From Octopus sinensis (lineage: Eukaryota), in assembly GCF_006345805.1 (NCBI RefSeq), contig NC_043008.1, positions 4,154,001 through 4,218,000 on the forward strand: a stretch of DNA of 64,000 bases. Direction: 5' to 3'. The position numbers were made by a program, and so were the translations under genes. The notes beneath the pieces are model-generated. The model was not told the DNA's origin. It was given only the letters and a program-made list of their open reading frames with translations, and ran no database searches. Positions 40,933 to 55,175 of this stretch are shown here, piece after piece; position 1 is the first letter of the stretch; each line of letters starts with the position of its first letter.

Positions 40933-42904
40933 CCCCCTGCAATTTTGAGAATCAGCTTTGCTACACCAAAAGTTCATGGGAGACCACTTACAACCACCTC
41001 TTTCTCCTTGGTTGAATGAAGAACTAGCAACCACTTCGCTTATGTGAAATAAATAAAAAATAAATAAATAAAAGTTTCACTGGAATCATCCAAGGGTGGA
41101 CTAATGTGCAGTATAGCATAAAATGGAAAATAGAATATATTACATAATTTTAAATATAGGGTCAATTGCTCCGAATAACAGACATCAATACAAAAAAGAA
41201 AACCCTAGATAATGTAGGAATTTCACAGTAGCAGTAGAATTCTACTGCAAGCACTGTTGAGATGCAATGCCTTGGCAATGCTTGTGAGGTTGCCATAAAA
41301 GATTATCAGGGATTGTAAGATGAGGCATTTGTATTAATATGTGTTGTTTGTGTGTAGGAACTGTTATGGCAGAAGACTGCTTCCATGATATGTGCAGTAA
41401 TTGTGTGTTTGTGATGCTGAAAGAAACTAGATTGTTATATACCTATTAAAGAATGTTTTATGAGGTCCCTATTCATGGAGTAAACCATAATATAAAATAT
41501 GCTATTCACTGGTTGATCTATCATTGGTCCCTATTCATGGCAAGGTCAGGAACTTTATTAAATCCAACACTGCAACTGGTTAGATCCTTATTAACTTGAG
41601 CAGTGAATGCCATTCACAAAACTTCTTCGACACAATAAGGTTCTGTAGCTCTGCAAGGTTTACATTTGGAGTTTGCTTACCACAAAAAATAAATAAGAAA
41701 AAAATGCAATAAATAAATAAAACAGCTAATTGCAAGAGTGCAGGCTTCCTTGGCTGATTGCATTTTATGCTCAAAAAGATTATTTCTGATTAGACATGCT
41801 TTGAGATCAAATATTCCACTGCTTCTCTATTGAAATTCCTCTTCTGGCTCATTCAACTGTTACTAGCCATTCCCCAACTTTATTCACAGCTTCCAATTTA
41901 CCTTTCGTTTCTTCAAACAGCAGCCATGCAACAAACATCGTAACTCACCTCTCCTTATGGCACATAAATATTTTTTTATTCTAGAAATTATATTTATTTC
42001 TTTGCTAAGACTATAGTTTCTTACTAGTTCTTTGAATATTGACCTCAGCAATATGCTAATCCACTTTCATAAATTTCTGCAAAGAATGGCTTAACATCAC
42101 ATCTTTCCTAACAACCAAAACGAGAGAGATTTTACATGGTTGTTTGGCTAGCTAAATACAGCAACTAAATTCCTTCAATCCCCACCTAACTACGTTAAAA
42201 AATGAAAGGCACACTGAACAATAATGTATTCTTAGATCTACAAAAATACTGGTTGCTCATGAGTGGAGTGTTTTTGGTCTCAGTTTGCTCATTTGAGACA
42301 GTCCTTGGGTTAAGCAACAACTGAATTCACTTGAAGAATTACAGCTGACAGTTAAATTGTCCAGCCATTCAAAGGTGAAAAGGTAAACAAAACTAAGTTT
42401 TCTCTTCAGCTCAGCTGTTTCAATACACTCCAGAATTTATCTGGCCTATCCTTTATTAAATTAAACAAATTCCATATTATGGAAAACAACAATTATTTAC
42501 TTTGTCAGATAATCCAAATCCATTAAAGATTACTGGAAATTACTGGAATATCTTGTATTGGAAAACTTTAGCAAATTTGCTTTTCTTACTCATCATCATC
42601 ACCATCATTAAATATCCACTGTTCCATGCTTATGTGGTCAGACAGAATTTGTTGAAACAGATTTTCTATGTCCTCCGGCCCCTCTTGTTACCAACCCTCC
42701 CTTGTTTCAAAGCAAGGTGGTATTATCCCAAAGCTGCATGTGTTTTTTCCAGAAGACTGGAAACAGTCTAACCTTGTTTGTGTTATTAATGGTGATGCTT
42801 ATCTACAAACAGCAGAAGCTGCCTAGACAAGGATTCACACAAACACATACATACTCAGACACATGCACACATACACACACACACACACAAACATGCATGC
42901 ATAC

Positions 42905-42965
42905 ATATGTGGACTGATCAATAAGTATCTGGACTGTTGCCATAGTAATGAAGTTAAGGCATGCA
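42905..42965 (+). mobile_element. Mariner-like terminal inverted repeat remnant
   Basis: TATGTGGACTGATCAATAAGTATCTGGACTG resembles mariner TIRs; another candidate TATTGGGACATCCCATAAATAATGC at 14400-14432. Confidence 0.35.
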
Positions 42966-43642
42966 TGGGTTTTGGTAAATTACTTCTAACAGTAAAATGA
43001 GAACACAAGGTGGGATGGTCATGGCTTGAAGGAATTTGATCATTGGTCTTTTCACTCAGAGATGGCCTGAGGATAATCAACAGCAACTACCATTATATTG
43101 AACCAATAAGGGAGCATCTATATGGTGATTCTAGCTACCAGAAATAGTAGTCGAATCTCTCTTAAAACACATCATCATATAAGAAGTGATACACTGGATA
43201 ATATATTCCATTGTACATTAACCCTGAGAAAGAAATGGAACTGTCATGGCTGAAATACCTGTGATCAAAGGTCTGCTTGATCAGGATTAACTTGGGACAA
43301 AACAGCAGCATACTCAATTGCTGCTAGATATATATATATATATATATATATATCGACATATCATATCAAAGGGAAATGGAATTTAATTAAAATTAAAATA
43401 TTCAATCAAAATTTACATTTCCAGTGGTCTAACGTGCAAAAAAAGTTAGTCAAGAAGACTATATATTAGTCATACGATATAGTGTATATTTATACACATA
43501 AGGAATCCACTTTACGTGAAATTCAACACATTAGAAAGAACAGCTAGGTTCTGTAAACCACAAAAATAACGGATAAAATTCGACAGGAATAAATTTGGAA
43601 ATGAAAAACATTTACCATATATGTATGTATGTATATATATAT

Positions 43643-43830
43643 GGGGAGAGTTCACAAAAAAAATCAAAAGACGAAGACAGGTGGTGTATAAAACAAACAG
43701 ATGTATTAGTATAATGCTCAGGAAACTGAAAAAGTGTTTTACGTTTCGAGCCTACGCTCTTCTACAGAAAGGGACACAGAAAGAAACTAGGTGAGAAACA
43801 AGGAGAGAAAAAAAAATGCGTGTAGTGGCT
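43643..43830 (-). mobile_element. Penelope-like terminal fragment with variant hammerhead motif (43737-43773)
   Basis: Minus strand TTT CTGTAGA A GAGC gtag GCTC GAAA CG TA AAA; adjoins (TA)n; a related truncated copy lacking the motif is at 63125-63205. Confidence 0.6.
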
Positions 43831-45462
43831 ACCGATCTATCATGTCGAGAAAAAACATATACTGTATGTTACAAACTCTGCTAAACATTACATTCTTTAA
43901 TGAAGAACTCTGCATTACATTACAAACTCTGCATTACATTACATTCTTTAATTCTTTCTTTATGTCCGCTCTTTCACATTAACAACATAATCCAGCTTTT
44001 GTTTCCTTCCTTCTATGAAATCCTTCAAAAATGTTGAAATATCCTCACCTCAAAAAATGCTGTCTAAATACCTCTCTGCAGTTAGTGGCTCAACCAACTA
44101 AATTTTCCTCAAATCCCACCCTAGCATACCAAAAAAAAAAAAAAAGAAAGAAAAAAGAAATAGAAGAAAAAAGGGAAAAAAAAGCAGGAAAGTGCTTTGA
44201 TTACAGGTGTGCTTAGCCAGGGCCTAATCTGGTGCTAAGCAACAAGACAACACTCAAAGGAAAAATAAGTGTGAAGGAAATTGTTCAATCAATATAATTA
44301 TACTTATACACACACACACATATACACACATATACCCATGTAAAACGTATCTTTTTTCTTTCCAAACCTATTGACTGGTTCTGTATAATTCTTTCAGATA
44401 AAATACTTTAACCATTTCCTCTAAAGAGTTCTTCATTAAAGACATGTCAGTCTGCCAATACTAGAAAGAATAAACGCTGTAAAATAGTAATATTCCATTT
44501 AAAAATTTAAGTTGTCGGTTTAAGTTAGAATCACATGTCTAATACCGTCCAACAAGACGGCATTTTCACAGCTATAAATATTAAATAACTGTTAAACTCA
44601 ATCAGAATTTGTAGGAAAGCTTATTTCAGACTTAAAAACCAACTGTATTCTATATTAACAACTTAGAACAGATACAAATACATGCACACATATTTATTCA
44701 ATGAAACAAATTACAATAAATGAATATAGAAGGAGAATTTCATCTCAAAATGGAAACATAAATACAGTATAGAATCAAAGGAGCGACTCCCTACTATGTA
44801 TGTCTTCTCTGCTGTATTGATATATGGGTATCTTTTCTATAATGCCAAAGGGTTAATGTCTGCTTTGAATTTATAGTATTTGAAGAAACCATGTTTTTAA
44901 ATAAATAGGTATTCAGCAAATCCGTGAGGCTGCAAGCTTCATATAAAAGATAAAATGTCTATCTTAAAAACTAAAGGAAGTTTCACTGCAGCAACCATCC
45001 TTCCTACTTTGCTCTTGTAACGACATGCTGTTGTCATGTCTTCTCTGCTGTTGTTCATCGAGATTGAACACTGCTGATCACTCTTTATCTTGAATCTCCT
45101 TTACTTGTGAGCTTTACACCGTGGGGAAGCCAAGCTGTTGATGACATTGCTCTCAAAAATCTTGCAACCCAAAATGACAATCATTAGGAAACAAATTCTA
45201 TAGAATTTTATTCAAAGCATTTATGTAGACATTTCCATTCTTGAATGATATTTTGAAAGTTTTTCAGTTTTTTTTTTTAACATGAGAACAATTTTATTTT
45301 GAATATTTTACATATCCAGAGTTACAACACAATGAATCTTTCGAATGTTATGTAAAATAATGTTTATATATATATATAAACACAGACATATCCACATACA
45401 CACACACACATATATACACAGACTGATAAATGCTTACATATATATGTGTTTATATGTGTATG

Positions 45463-45499
<37 letters not shown>

Positions 45500-45506
45500 A
45501 TGTATG

Positions 45507-45537
<31 letters not shown>

Positions 45538-46167
45538 TGTATACATATATATTTTGAGAGAGTATATGGCTTCTTCTGTAATATAAGAAAGATAAGGAAA
45601 AAATGTTATGTAGTCAACCAAACTAAAAAAAAATATCTTTTACTTGTTCCTTAATAATACAATGAAAACAAACATTAGCATTTTGTTTGATGCATTAGTC
45701 TGGGGAAAAAAAACAGAACACTTAAAAATCTTATTGATTATTAAGTTTATGTAAAAGAATTCTTCATTGGTCTCATTTTCTATGCATAGCATTGTATTAA
45801 TATAAAAACAAAACAGTCAACTAGACTTCCTTCTGTTATATTAATAAATGTATTTTTCTAGTATATTAATTTTTTAATGAGCAGCACTTCTGTATAAATT
45901 TTCAAGAAGAAATCTTAGGTTTATTTTCAAGAGAACAAAGGGTGTTTGTGACCCTTAGTAATATTCTTTTTTTCTTTTCTCTTCTCTATTTTGTTTTTCC
46001 TTTTTGTTTTCAATTTTGCAAATATTTCTCTGAAGTTTTATTTTGTTTGCAATCAATGTTTTCATAAATTGAACTTCTTATGATATATTTTCTGCAGATG
46101 CTCAAATAATGGGTGCTTATATACATGCGCATGCATGCACACACTCACACACACAGCAGATAGAAAA

Positions 46168-46222
<55 letters not shown>

Positions 46223-46377
46223 TATAGAGATATTTTTAATTATATAAAAACCACAATGAATTCAATGCCTGAAGTCCTAAAATATTGTGTGCGTTGTCAG
46301 GCAGTGAAAGCAAACGCAAACGAAAAAATGCACATGCCTTCTCTTTCTCTCGCTCTCTCTCTCTTTCTCTCTCTCTT

Positions 46378-46445
<68 letters not shown>

Positions 46446-46880
46446 TCATGTTATCATGTCTATTTCCCATGCTGAGATGGGTTGGATTGCTTGAAAGGAG
46501 CTGGCAAACCAGAGTACTACACCAAGCTCTACTGTCTGTTTTGGTATGTTTTCTATGAATGGATGCTTCTCCCCATGCCAACCACCGTACAAAGTGTACT
46601 GGGTACTTTTTATGTGCCACTAGCACCAGCTAAGTCACCAAGTAACTAGCAATATAAAGATCCCTCAAATGAAGGGATAGTGATATTGAGAGAGGTGGCT
46701 TTGTGCCAGGTGATAAGTTAAACTATGATACAGAGACAGAAATGAAAAGATGCATCCTTTTGGGGTCAATAAATTAAGAACCATTGAAACATTGGGGTCC
46801 ATGTTATCAACTAGTCTCCTTCCACAAAATCTCAGGCCCACTGCCTTTAGTAGAAAGGATTTTACACACACACACTCACA

Positions 46881-46934
<54 letters not shown>

Positions 46935-46945
46935 GATATATATGT

Positions 46946-47237
46946 GGAGGCACAATGGCCCAGTGGTTAGGGCAGCGGACTCGCGGTCTTAGGTTTGCGG
47001 TTTCAATTCCCAGACCGAGCATTGTGAGTGTTTATTGAGCGAAAACACCTAAAAGCTCCACGAGGCTCCAGCAGGGGGTGGTGATCCCGGCTGTACTCTT
47101 TCACCACTCTTTCTTCTGTTGGCCTGCTCGCTTAGCCAGTGAGGTGGCATCATTCGAAGGCTAAAACAATGCGAAGGCATTGTGACCAGCGATGTGTAGC
47201 AACATCTGATGGTCTGGTCGGTCACATGGTCACATGA
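46946..47237 (+). mobile_element. tRNA-derived SINE family D
   Basis: A box TGGCCCAGTGG, GGACTCGCGGTC anticodon-arm-like segment, B box GGTTTCAATTCC; collinear with 34657-34952. Confidence 0.85.
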
Positions 47238-48224
47238 TATATATATATATATATATGTATATGCTGACCACTAGTTGAAATTGATATTATTTAATAATAT
47301 TAATTTCTACTCTTATTAAATGAAATATCACCTTGCTTGCATCTACAAGATCTTTTCATAAAAGATTGCAAACTTTTAGATGAAATGATTTGCTCAAGAA
47401 TAAATGTATCACCTGGTTTAGGAACTGAAACCATGAGCTTGTAATCATTGCTGCAACACTCCAACCACTAAGCCATTGGCTCTCATATCCACACACACTT
47501 TTTTTTAAAGCCATTTTGGGGTAAGAAATGTGCGTCTTAAAGGCCATCAAATACGGTGTGTGTATATACATAGATATGGGAGTGAGGCCAGAGTGAAACA
47601 TTCTCTGTTGTAGAGGAGCCACATGCCTGCTCATGTTGTAGAAGTGAGGGTTGGAGTGATTGGGGTGGAGCTAGACAGGGATATAGGGATGATGAGGTGT
47701 CTGGGTGGATCCATCAGGTACAAAGTGGGTAGAACAGCAGAATGGGTAGGACAGGAGTATGGGTGAGTGGAGGTTGCAAGAGTTATATGGGAAAGAGAAA
47801 GATGGAGAATGGGTGAAAGGAGTGGATAATGAATGAAAAACAAGGATTGAAGGATGATAAATGGATGAGGTAAGAAGGCATTGGTGAAAACTGTAGAGAT
47901 TGAATAGGGTCAAAGGGTGGGGGTAGTGGATGAGGAATAAGGAGTGGCCATGACCAACACATATAAATGCACATATATGTCTCTGTGCATGTGTGTGTGA
48001 GTGTGTATGAGTGTGTATGTGTATACATACATATATTTCTGCATGTGTGTATGTGTTTATACAAGTGTATGTATTGTATGTATGCATGTATATGTGTGTG
48101 TGTGTGTCTGTGTGTGTGTGTGTACATTATTCTTACATACACATACAAATTTGTATCAGTCTCAAAGAAAAGATGTTTCAATGCTTTTTTGCAGAATACA
48201 CAGATTGTGTGTGTGTGAATACAT

Positions 48225-48257
<33 letters not shown>

Positions 48258-48369
48258 AGTACACATACATAGAAAGGAAAAAAGAGAGGAGAATGTTTTT
48301 ATTTTTTCAGAGAATATTGCACATGAGAAAGGAAAAAAATTAGGCTCTTTACATTTATATATATGTGTA

Positions 48370-48424
<55 letters not shown>

Positions 48425-48484
48425 GTGTGTGTGTGTGTGACTGTGTGTACACACATATACATACATATATATAAATACACACAC

Positions 48485-48529
<45 letters not shown>

Positions 48530-49094
48530 AACAGAGCCTAATTTTTTCAGGAAATATTACATAGAGGAGAGAAAAAAATTAAGCTCTTTACATGCACAAG
48601 CACTTGTTTTGTTTTTCCTTTTTACTTCTTTTTTCTTTCAGAAAATATTACATATAAGAAATTGAAAAAAAAATTAATAACATTTTTCAATATTTTACAT
48701 TGAGTACTGATTTTTCATTAGTGACCTGAAACTTATTTCATTGATTTATAGTTCAGCAACATTTAATACTTTATAGAAAGAAAAAATAAGTCAGTTAAGT
48801 CAAATTCTCTAAGTAAACATTTATTATGTATTATTAAAGGCTAATAGCTTAACAATTAGATGTAAATGTTATTTTCGTACAATTCATTTTAGAACATTCC
48901 TTGAACTCATAAAGTGTTTCAAAACATAAGAATAAAAATAGAAATTATTTTCTAAAATTTCTATTCCACGATTAGAAAAATAGAAACATAAAACATTAGG
49001 AAAGTATTTTCAGGAAAAATGAATTAAAAACCTAAATTTCTATTAGCTGTTTAAGATTTGAAGCCAAAGACATAAAATATATCAATATTACATA

Positions 49095-49305
49095 TCTATC
49101 TATTTATGTGTCTGTCTATCTATCTATCTATTTACCTATCTATCTGTCAGTCGTCTGTCTATCTATCTGTTTGTCTGTCTGTCTATTTATCTATCTATCT
49201 ATCTCTATCTGTCTGTCTATCTATCTATCTATCTATCTGTCTATCTATCTATCTATCTGCCTGTCTGTCCATCTATTTATCTATCTATCTCTATCTGTGT
49301 GTGTG

Positions 49306-49372
<67 letters not shown>

Positions 49373-49445
49373 GCCTGTCTATCTATATGTGTGTATGTAT
49401 CTGTCTATCTCTCTGTCTGTCTATCTATATCTATATATGTATATA
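49095..49445. repeat. (TCTA)n/(TCTG)n tetranucleotide tract
   Basis: Direct reading; similar tracts at 34460-34640 and (GATA)n at 46158-46220. Confidence 0.98.
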
Positions 49446-49809
49446 TATACCACATGGGCATGTGTGTGTATGGTCATCTAGAGCACACCAATCAGATTGC
49501 CTCTTCTCATAAATGTTTTAATTATAAAATAGTGCAGCTAAGACTGCAAAATTGAGTTGGCCAAGCCGCAATAGTTGTATTCTCTTCAATGCACAACCTT
49601 CTAAAAATAAAATTTGAAAATTTTTACGTCAGCGTCAGAAGAAATTATAAAAGAAAAAAAATATTCTTTAAGTAACAAATCTAGTTTTATCTCAGAGATA
49701 AAACTTTCTATGCTTCAATTATCAAAAACTGCTCTTATCAAATTCATATTATTTTTTCTTCAGATAAACTGTCAAAGAAGTTTCATTGCAATATGGTGAA
49801 TTTTCTGAC

Positions 49810-49882
<73 letters not shown>

Positions 49883-50898
49883 GTGCTCTCTCTTTCTTTC
49901 CTTGTGCTCTCTCTTTCTAACTCTCCCTCCCTAGTTCACTCTCTCTACATCTTTTTGGCTATTTAACTCTTACACTCCTTCTCTTGATGTTTCTTTCTCT
50001 CTCTCTCTCTCTCTCTCTTCTTCCCTTGCTCTCCACCTCTTGTTCATCATCTCTTGCTCTTCCCCTCTCTTCTTTTCTTCTTCTCACTTGGTGACTTCCT
50101 TTCTTATATTTTCTTCTCTCTATCAATATACTTAGATGAAATGTAAAATTTACATTAACCAGAAAAAGAAAAATGTAAAATTAGGTATATTCAGCAATTT
50201 CTGTGATAAATTCTAGAACTTTCTTAGTGTCATTATTTGCAGTAAAGTCAATATTCAGAGATACAACATCAAGGGCAAGTAATATCTGAATATTTCTTAA
50301 CAATTTAATTCAACTTTCTGCACATGAGGTCATCAACAAACCAGCTAACAAAGCTTCTTATCACAGAAAATAACATATTTATTAAATATATTCAGATTGA
50401 GATCTCAGCCAAGGATTCTATTAAACAGCTCATGAGAGAAATCCTCCCTGTTATTCAGTATTTATCATAACACAGAAATAGAGAGTATCAATTTTAAATA
50501 TCAGAGAGTTGAATATATTCATTTCTTATGAGGAAAGTAGAATTCAATAGGCTTCAGGCATTGCACTTGATCTGAGAGTGAGGAATGCAACAGAGAACAG
50601 TTCTTATTCTTATTCTTAGACAGACGGACAAGTCCTGAAATATGTATTTAACTCTGCTGAAGTAGAATCGTTATTTTATTATCGTTGGATTATGAATTAC
50701 CGATTATGTGTTTCTCTATGTGTGGGTATCATCATCACAATTTAAAATCCACTTTTCCATGCTTGTATGAGTTGGACAGACATTATTTGAGGCAGATTTT
50801 CTGTGGCCAAAAACCATTCCTTACAGCAATCTTCACCTTTTGCCCCAAGCAACGTAATATTTCCCCATGGTCAGACATGTTTTCACAGAATATTGGGA

Positions 50899-51121
50899 GC
50901 TGGCAGAAACGTTAGTATGCCGGACGAAATGCTTAGCGATATTTCGTCTGCCTCTATGTTCTGAGTTCAAATTCTGCCGAGGTCAACTTTGCCTTTCATC
51001 CTTTCGGAGTCGATAAATTAAGTACCAGTTATGCACTGGGGTCGATGTAATCAACTTAATCCCTTTATCTGTCCTTGTTTGTCCCCTCTGTGTTTAGCCC
51101 CTTGTGGGCAATAAAGAAATA
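50899..51121 (+). mobile_element. SINE family E with 12-bp target-site duplication
   Basis: Collinear with 28278-28510; TSD AGAATATTGGGA at 50887-98 and 51122-33; decayed copies near 13960-14240, 19150-19380, 31490-31690, 40700-40870. Confidence 0.9.
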
Positions 51122-51350
51122 AGAATATTGGGACTGGATGACACTGCTTGTATGACAGTGACAATCATTTACAACTATCACACAATGTTAAGAAAAGGCG
51201 ACGCACACACACACACACACATACCAAATCTGATTACAATGCCAAAGTGGCCCAAAACCATATCAAAAATCATATAGTTAGGAAGAAAACTTCTTACCAT
51301 ACAGCCATGATGGCACCAACATATATATATATACATATATATATACATAT

Positions 51351-51395
<45 letters not shown>

Positions 51396-52957
51396 ACATA
51401 TATATATTAGCAATAATTATAATGATATAGAATATGGAGACTTGTTCATCTTGAAGATTTATTTCCTCTTATTTGTAATTTCTTACTTCATATATTTCTG
51501 GATGTCATAACATTGTGTTTCCACTGTTAGATAGAACCTTGACTTTAGACAGCAACTGGTGTGAAACAGAGGTAAGCCACACAAGTTTACAAACAGACCA
51601 CATTTCAGTTTCAAAACAGCCTCCCCCTTACTTCTCTCTGAACCCTAACTAACAAACAACTAACTGTATTCAGTTCACTTCAAAACTAGCCAAAGGAACA
51701 GGCCCTGAAGAAGTTGTACCGGAAATCATGCCCAGTTGCATGTGCCACTGCCCATACTTTCTGCAATGGAAACTCATGTAGGTCATAACATCCATAAAGA
51801 TAGGCTGCATGAAATTATAAAATAAGAGGAAATAAATTTTGAGGAAGTTTCTTCAATAATCTGTTTACGTGGTTCAATTAATTTACATTTTCAAAACTTT
51901 TGAGATTTGCAAAATATCTCTAATTTTGTTATATTGATATATTATTTTGGTTTCAACCAATTGGAATCTTTTGTAACATTCTTGTTACAGTGAGATTTTG
52001 ATTGAAAAGTTTACCTCAATATGAATCCTTTTTCCTGGACATCATCATCACCATCATCATTGTTTAACGTCTGCTTTCCATACTGGCATGGGTTGGTCGG
52101 TTTGACTGAGGGCTGGTGAGCCAGAGGCTAACCACATGGTTCAATCCCACAGTACAGCACCTTAGGCAAGTATCTTCTACTGTAGCCTAGGTGGTCCAAT
52201 GTTTGTTAGTGAGTTTGGTGATTGGAAACTGTGTGGAAGCCCATTGTGTGTGTGTACATAGGTATGCATGTGTTTACATTTGAGTTTGTGCCCCCCCCCC
52301 ACACACACACATACACACACATATGACAACCACTATTGATTTATTCAACTAAACTGTTCATGGCGGGGCCCCAGCATAGCTGCAATCCAACGACTGAAAT
52401 AAGTACAACATTTTAAAAAATCTAAGTTGTTAAGCCTATTAAACAAGAACATTAGAAGATTGTAATTAGAATAAATGTTATATTCTGGCCAATGGAAACA
52501 GTGATAAATGTATGAGCAAATGAGGATAAATTTTCAACGGTTAAAACAATAATTTTTCTTCTTTAAACACTTTGTTGCCAGTGACTGAATCATTCCTTCA
52601 TGGAATTTTGATATTTTTTTCAATATCTGGGATTATTTTCAATTTATTCAATGCCATCTTGATACTCTAAAATGCTTGTTGGGTCGATTCCTTATTTTCT
52701 GAATTGCTCATCAGCATTTTCTAACCATTATTTATCTTAACGAAGATGCTTCTGACAGTAACAACAGATTATTATAATTCAAGAGGGTGTCTATGTTATT
52801 GCTGTATCTGCCAGAAATGGTAGGCAAATTCCATCCATTCACGACCTTTATAAAGGCAAGATACATTTGGAAATGTAATCCTGGGTCTTCAGAAAAGACA
52901 GAAAGCTTTTGGTCATATGTTGCTCAGTTAATTATGACTTAGCCCTAAACAGCAACA

Positions 52958-53360
52958 TATCATCATCATCATTGTTTAACGTCTGTTTTCCATGCTAGCA
53001 TGGGTTGGATGGTTTGACCGGGGTCTGGGAAGCCAGGAGGCTGCGCCAGGCTCCAGTTTGATCTGGCAGTGTTTCTACAGCTGGATGCCCTTCCTAATGC
53101 CAACCACTCCGTGAGTGTAGTGGGTGCTTTTACATGCCATCAGCACAGATGCCAGGGGAGGCTGGCAATGGCCACAATTGGTTGGTGCTTTTTACATGCC
53201 ACCGGCACAGGTGCCAGGGGAGGCTGGCAATGGCCACAATTGGTTGGTGCTTTTTACATGCCACCGGCACAGGTGCCAGGGGAGGCTGGCAATGGCCACA
53301 ATTGGTTGGTGCTTTTTACATGCCACCAGCACGGAAGCCTGTCAGGGTGGCGCTGGCATC
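52958..53360 (-). mobile_element. Family A retroposon containing a 62-bp internal tandem array (53123-53331, about 3.3 copies)
   Basis: CATCATCAT tail at 52958; GCTGGCAATG recurs at 53161, 53223 and 53285. Confidence 0.85.
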
Positions 53361-54977
53361 TATTTCAAAAAATAATGTTCCATTCAAATTGTAAAGAAAT
53401 ACTGACATACCATAGCAATTGGTATCAAAAAATTAGTTACCCTCAATATATCTAGGTAAATAAAATTATATATAGTGCTACAGGTGGGAGTTTTCACATA
53501 AGTGCCACACACTGAAAGTGAGAAAATAACTAGTTTTTGAAATGAAATATTGTAGAAAAATCTTTTACAATTCCTAAACTGAATATCTGACTAATGAGTG
53601 TTAAGAAATAAATTATTCATCAGACTGTGAATCATGAACTTTTTCTTTTTTTTGTCAATTGCTAAAAAGTGGAAAATGAAGTAGTTTGGTAATGTAACTT
53701 GATACCCTGACACCCGAGTTCAAGCAAACATGGTTATGCATGGACGAACCCCTGGAAAGAGATATAGAAGACACAAAACAAAAATAACTACAAAGGGATG
53801 GTTGAACAACATCAAGGAATGGATAGAGAGGAAAATGGTTAAAAAAAAAAGAGATTGACTGATGACTGGAAAAGATGAGGGGAGGTTGTGTCACTTGCTC
53901 TGCACCTTAGTTTTCTGAGGCTATGGATGATCAAATCTCCACATTAGCCACCGAAAGAAAATCGGTATCAGTGACGTCAGATTTTTATTTTTATTTTGTT
54001 TTGTTTTTTCATGATTTTTTTTTCACACATTTTTTAAAAGTATTTTTGTCTCTATTTGATCTTTGAAATTCTTGACTTTGTAATACCAGAAGATTGAATA
54101 ATGATCCAAGTTGCAAACACTTTGTCATGCTATACAATGGTCATTAATTTTTTAATGTATCTCAGACAATTCTTATTGTACTTTGAATAAAAATTATTCC
54201 TTTCTTTACATAATACCGATGCTTTCACCATAGTAAATGCTTGTTAATCATACTGGGACTATTTTGCAAGTTTCCATTACTATTGTTCACACCACGCTAA
54301 TTAATTTTAATACAAGTGAAAACCGTTTTTTCCTTTTTTTTTATAACTTTTACTTTTTTGTTTTTGTTTTTTTACTGAAGTTATAGAATTTCTTTGTTGT
54401 TTCATGTGTAGCAGACTTTCCTTTATCCATTATTTTAGTTTTTCAAGACATTAGAAAAAAAAAAAAGAAAAAAATGTTTGAATTATATTTTGAGAAGTCA
54501 GGACAATACAATTCTAACAAAAATAAAATTATATCTGTTTTATTGATTAAGGAAAATCTCACACCACAAAAACATTCAATGCATAACAAAGCATTTATTT
54601 TTATTTGTATAAGAATTATGCCACAACAACTTGTTTAGAATTTATATTTCAAACAAAATTATGTATATTAAAAAGAAAAAAAAATTAAAGAATTAGCTAG
54701 CAGTGTCAGCATCATAACACTCTGAGGCGTAGGGAATAAAAACGAGGGAAAAGGGAGTGCCAATCACCTACATTCACCATGGAATCCCATTCAAAACAAA
54801 TCTAAATTTTCAAAGTTTATAGTACATGAGGTGGTTGCAAGAAGACTTTGCTGTTTTGCAATGAATAGGTAAATCTAATTTTGTGTTTGACATAGTTGTA
54901 GGCATAGCTAAAGCTACTTCACAAATGAATATCTAGAACCATTGTAGACGACTTTGCTGGTGGTGGTGGTGGTGGTG

Positions 54978-55175
54978 GTGTTATTGTTTAACCTACAGGT
55001 TAACCCTAGTTGAATAGATCAAAGGCATTTCCAGCAACAAATATTCTGCTTTTAGGCAGAATAGGACTCCTAATTCCACCCACCTATTTTTTAAGACAGT
55101 AGGGTATGATTTGGAGGTGATTGGCTGCTATTTCTAGTAAGTCGAATGACTGTATAGAATCTCCCTTATTGGCTT
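54978..55175 (+). mobile_element. About 200-bp interspersed element family C
   Basis: GATCAAAGGCATTTCCAGC...GATTTGGAGGTGATTGGCTGCTATTTCTAG; related copies near 19500-19640, 24641-24943, 26695-26900, 36625-36830, 37700-37900, 42060-42330, 43010-43150, 56210-56410. Confidence 0.65.

Noticed and set aside
51695-51730. CTGAAGA...GGAAA as another hammerhead
   Set aside because: No stem II pairing between the core motifs
53069-53455. Repeated-peptide ORFs and a CRISPR-like appearance
   Set aside because: Head-to-tail 62-bp units without unique spacers, inside a retroposon; no cas genes in this eukaryotic DNA
54700-54780. Possible C/D snoRNA or miRNA hairpin on the minus strand
   Set aside because: C box is non-canonical, stems are weak, and no guide or known seed was recognised
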